NCBI GenBank assembly: GCA_000708835.1
Contig: DF237131.1
Location: forward strand, 93,882 to 157,881
Direction of reading: 5' to 3'
DNA: 64,000 bases
Source: Klebsormidium nitens
Lineage: Eukaryota > Plantae > Klebsormidiophyceae
Of the stretch, positions 60,828 through 64,000 are shown one piece after another. Made by a program: the position numbers and the translations under genes. Positions within the stretch are counted from its first letter, which is position 1; each line of letters starts with the position of its first letter. Below the pieces are notes generated by a model, which saw only the letters and a list, made by a program, of their open reading frames with translations, had not been told where the DNA came from and did no database searches.

Positions 60828-63248
60828 TTACGAGGCCTTGCTGAACTTATAGTCCATGTCAATTCCGGCCTTTCGGAAGAGCCCCGCCACCAGATTCCGC
60901 CGGAGCACCTCCTTGCTCAACTCCTCGACAGCGGCCTGCAGACAGGAAAGAGAGTATCAGCAGCTGACACGGGGGAGACGAGCCAAGCAAGATTGCAAAA
61001 GAACGACCGCACAAAAAGACTGGTTCAAGAGGCCATCATTCCAACCACACCGTATACCGCAAAGCTCTTGGAACCCAGACAATTTTTTTGATGAAGACGA
61101 CCATTCTCAAGAGTTCGTAACATCGTGTCGAAATCAAACAAGAACATACAACATTCAAAAGTTCAGAGGCAACAATCTCTTCGACGACGATGAATCCTCT
61201 GTCTCTCTGAAAATGAGGTTCAACATCCTGTTCGTACCGTGCCATATCCTCCTCTCATATTCGACTAAAGCCTCGCCTTGCTGTCTTTTACACGTTCGCG
61301 CCTTCTTGGAACTCGCTTAGATGACCAGCACACGGCAAAGCGGCTGGGGGAAGCACTGCGCGAAGTCGCTCACCTGATCGGCTGAGGTTTTGACGTGTGC
61401 GTGCAGCTTGACCTTTTGCAGATAAGGGGGCGCGTCGCCCACGCCCAGATACCCCCTCACATCGAACGTGCCGGCCACGTCGAAGTCGATGCCCTCCAGC
61501 GGAATGTCCTTCTCCTTGGCAACAGAGTGCGCCGTGTACTGCAGAAATGCAAGGACTCAATTATCAGAGAAATGTGGTGACGAGAAGCGCTTTTCGAGTC
61601 AGCGAATTTGATGCGAAGGTCGAAATTCGCCGCCCCTCAATCCTAGAAGAGGTTTCGTGCCTACTTCGAAGGCTCGCGCAAACCTGCGACTTGTTGCTGT
61701 CTAGAATGGCAGCAGTAGTTCGCTCGGGCCAGCACATTCAATGATGGCCCTATCATAGTTCCCAAAGTGAGTCCAACTCCACGTGTCTCCTTTCTGACTG
61801 GAAAGCGAAATGGCTAGAGAACGTGAGCAAATATTCCGCGGAAACTCCTTGCTGGATCGTGGACCGTTTCAAAAATTCCGGGAAAACCTTCCACGCGAAA
61901 AGGAAAGACTAAAATATACTCATTTCCCATCTACTCAGTCGGAAGCATAGTGTGGGGGGCTGCCGCAGATTGGAAAAGTGCGAGCAGCTGTTCCGCGGAG
62001 TATCTTGCTTGTGGGTAATTTATCGCAAGCTTTGATGAATTCTGCAGGCTCTGAAGGTACTCTGGTCCAAGTTCTACTCTACGTCATCAGATTTTGCGTA
62101 TTATGTTGCTTGACTGGTGAGCCCCTGCAGAGTACTCATGTTTACCCCGCAGCGACTTCAACCATCTGCTCAAGATTATCCTCCCTCCAAAAAAGAATAT
62201 GCAGATTCTCAAACCTTCCTGTTGTCTGTGCCCATTTCGTTTGCCCATGCCAGAAACCGTTAGCTTAGGATCTTACCTGGGTGCATCCAGTCAAGCTGGC
62301 CAGTAAAGTACTAAGTGGATCAGGACCTTTGTCTGTGCCACCTGCTCTTACAGGCTCGTCGGTTGTAAGCTGCAATAACAATGAGAGATGCTTGATCAGG
62401 ATCGGGCTGCAAGAAAGGTAATCGTCGGATTTGTGCCTGAGGTTGATGGCTATTCTTGACTGGCGATCATTGACTACAATATCGTACTACAGTTTATCTC
62501 TATGATCCGCCCCTCAAAGATACTGCATGCAATGAAAGCACCAATGAAAGCACCCTCTGCTTTCATGCTTTCATGTGATCAAGGGTTGTCCCGTGCTGAA
62601 AGACTTGTTGCTCATGCTGGCTCCAAACAAACCTTTGTTAATGACCAATCAAACCCTCGTTGATGACGTTGTCTGCCAGGTACATGTGATGTAAAGATGC
62701 CTTATTCGAAGTTGTTTCGGAACAATCGTGCTAAGATTTCTTGTATACAAGTTGAATAGAAACTTCCACAATAGGCGCCTCCAGACTTCTGTGAGCTGAA
62801 CAGTTTTACCTTGACAGAGGCTTGAAGTAACAGCAGGATGGGCAACAGGGCCAGATCTGCTCAATCATGATGCTGTCTTTCGCCAAGACAGCTGAATGCA
62901 TGCACCGTGATCTCTTTCTAATTTCCAGAACAAAGCGGCCATTGAGGACCTGTGGGGAACGGAAGTGCATCAGGTCCCACATCCACCAACCTCGTGCTTC
63001 ACTGCCTGGTGCCTGCATGCCATCCCCTCTCCTGCAGACGTCACATTCACCGTCCGAAAGTGTGGCTCGTCTTCCTTGATGGACGCCGAGCCAGCCCCCC
63101 CGTCTGTGTTTACTGATCGCACTGCACAGGCCGGATCTAAGGTGCGCGGGACTGCCTCCTGCAGCGGGGAGACATAACTAGAGAGGGGCGCGCGGAGCGT
63201 CCGCCTGCTGTGGACCAGCATGCGCAGGTTGCGCGCCGCAGTTGTCAT
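60828..63248 (-). CDS. OsmC/Ohr-family protein (~207 aa) with probable mitochondrial presequence; exons 63248-62991, 62369-62277, 61538-61374, 60935-60828
   Basis: KHE|LTTDEPVRAGGTDKGPDPLSTLLASLTGCTQ|YTAHSVAKEKDIPLEGIDFDVAGTFDVRGYLG...|AAVEELSKEVLRRNLVAGLFRKAG. Arg-rich, acid-free N-terminus. All introns phase 0. Confidence 0.88.
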
Positions 63249-64000
63249 GATTGCGCTGCGCTTATCGCAGTACCCAGTAGCTCAGGACGGATGAGGTGGT
63301 CGTGATGAGTTGAGACAGATAGATCCAGAATATATGCCGAAGGGGTGGTAATTACTTCTCTCTTGGCCTGAGATTTGGCGCCCTGGTTTTGCAGGAGCAA
63401 TCTAATTTTCTCAGCGTTCGAAAGCTGTTCAGATCTTGCCGGCCATCTTCTCAATCAAGTACCTAGCTCAGCAGTCTACCCAAGTAACAGGAAGAAACGT
63501 GGGTGCCTCGGAAGACCCCAGCTGTCCACCCCGGGCGGCCTGTCGCATGCAAGGTGCCCGTCTCCAGTTTTGACCCAACTCTGCTGGGGATTGTTTGAAG
63601 TTTCCCCTTTCACAAAACAGAATCCCACGAAAGCGCATCGCAGCCTTCGGTCTATCCGATACATGGGCATCGACGGTTTGAAGCGCCAGCACTTACTTCT
63701 TCCTGACACCAGTGGAGGTCCTACTTGGCAAATGTAAACCTACCGGTAGCTTTTCTGCTGGAAAGACTTCAAGAAGTTGGGAGAGAAGGGGCGCCACATC
63801 TCTGGAGCTGTTGGAGGTCTTGAATACCGTATTGCGAGCGACTTGGGGGAATAGGCAGGGCGATCCGCCTTGTCAAAGAATCCGTAACAGGGGGGTGCTC
63901 GAACAGGCTCGAGACACCCCCTATGAGGACACAAGGACTAGCCTACCCTACATAAGTCTGTAAGGGGAAGGTCACTTTGAAGTGGTACCCCCCCTAATTA

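Overview
Eukaryotic, intron-rich, GC-rich nuclear DNA. Plant-type mL43, HAPSTR1-like and HAD phosphatase sequences, plus a TORNADO1-like ROCO gene, suggest a streptophyte alga such as Klebsormidium (inference). I reconstructed 11 spliced genes by hand from GT-AG boundaries and frame continuity: a partial acidic disordered protein, a bacterial-type transglutaminase-like protein, a PHOSPHO1/PPsPase-type HAD phosphatase, a HAPSTR1/TAPR1-like protein, a head-to-head pair of paralogues sharing an unrecognised Cys/His-rich domain, an LRR-Roc-COR (ROCO) gene with a 1-bp frameshift, a ~1,740-aa coiled-coil protein, mitochondrial ribosomal protein mL43, an AT-hook plus 4x zinc-ribbon protein, and an OsmC-like protein. 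Non-genic features are a TIR element carrying a tRNA-derived cassette, a perfect 38-bp hairpin, a Helitron-type 3' end, a repeat flanking both assembly gaps, and two N gaps. The most striking recurrent signal is decayed copies of exon/intron boundaries ('exon echoes') inside adjacent introns of several unrelated genes. The strongest case is six copies of one 3' splice site lying upstream of the real one. All alignments and gene models are manual; no database searches were run.
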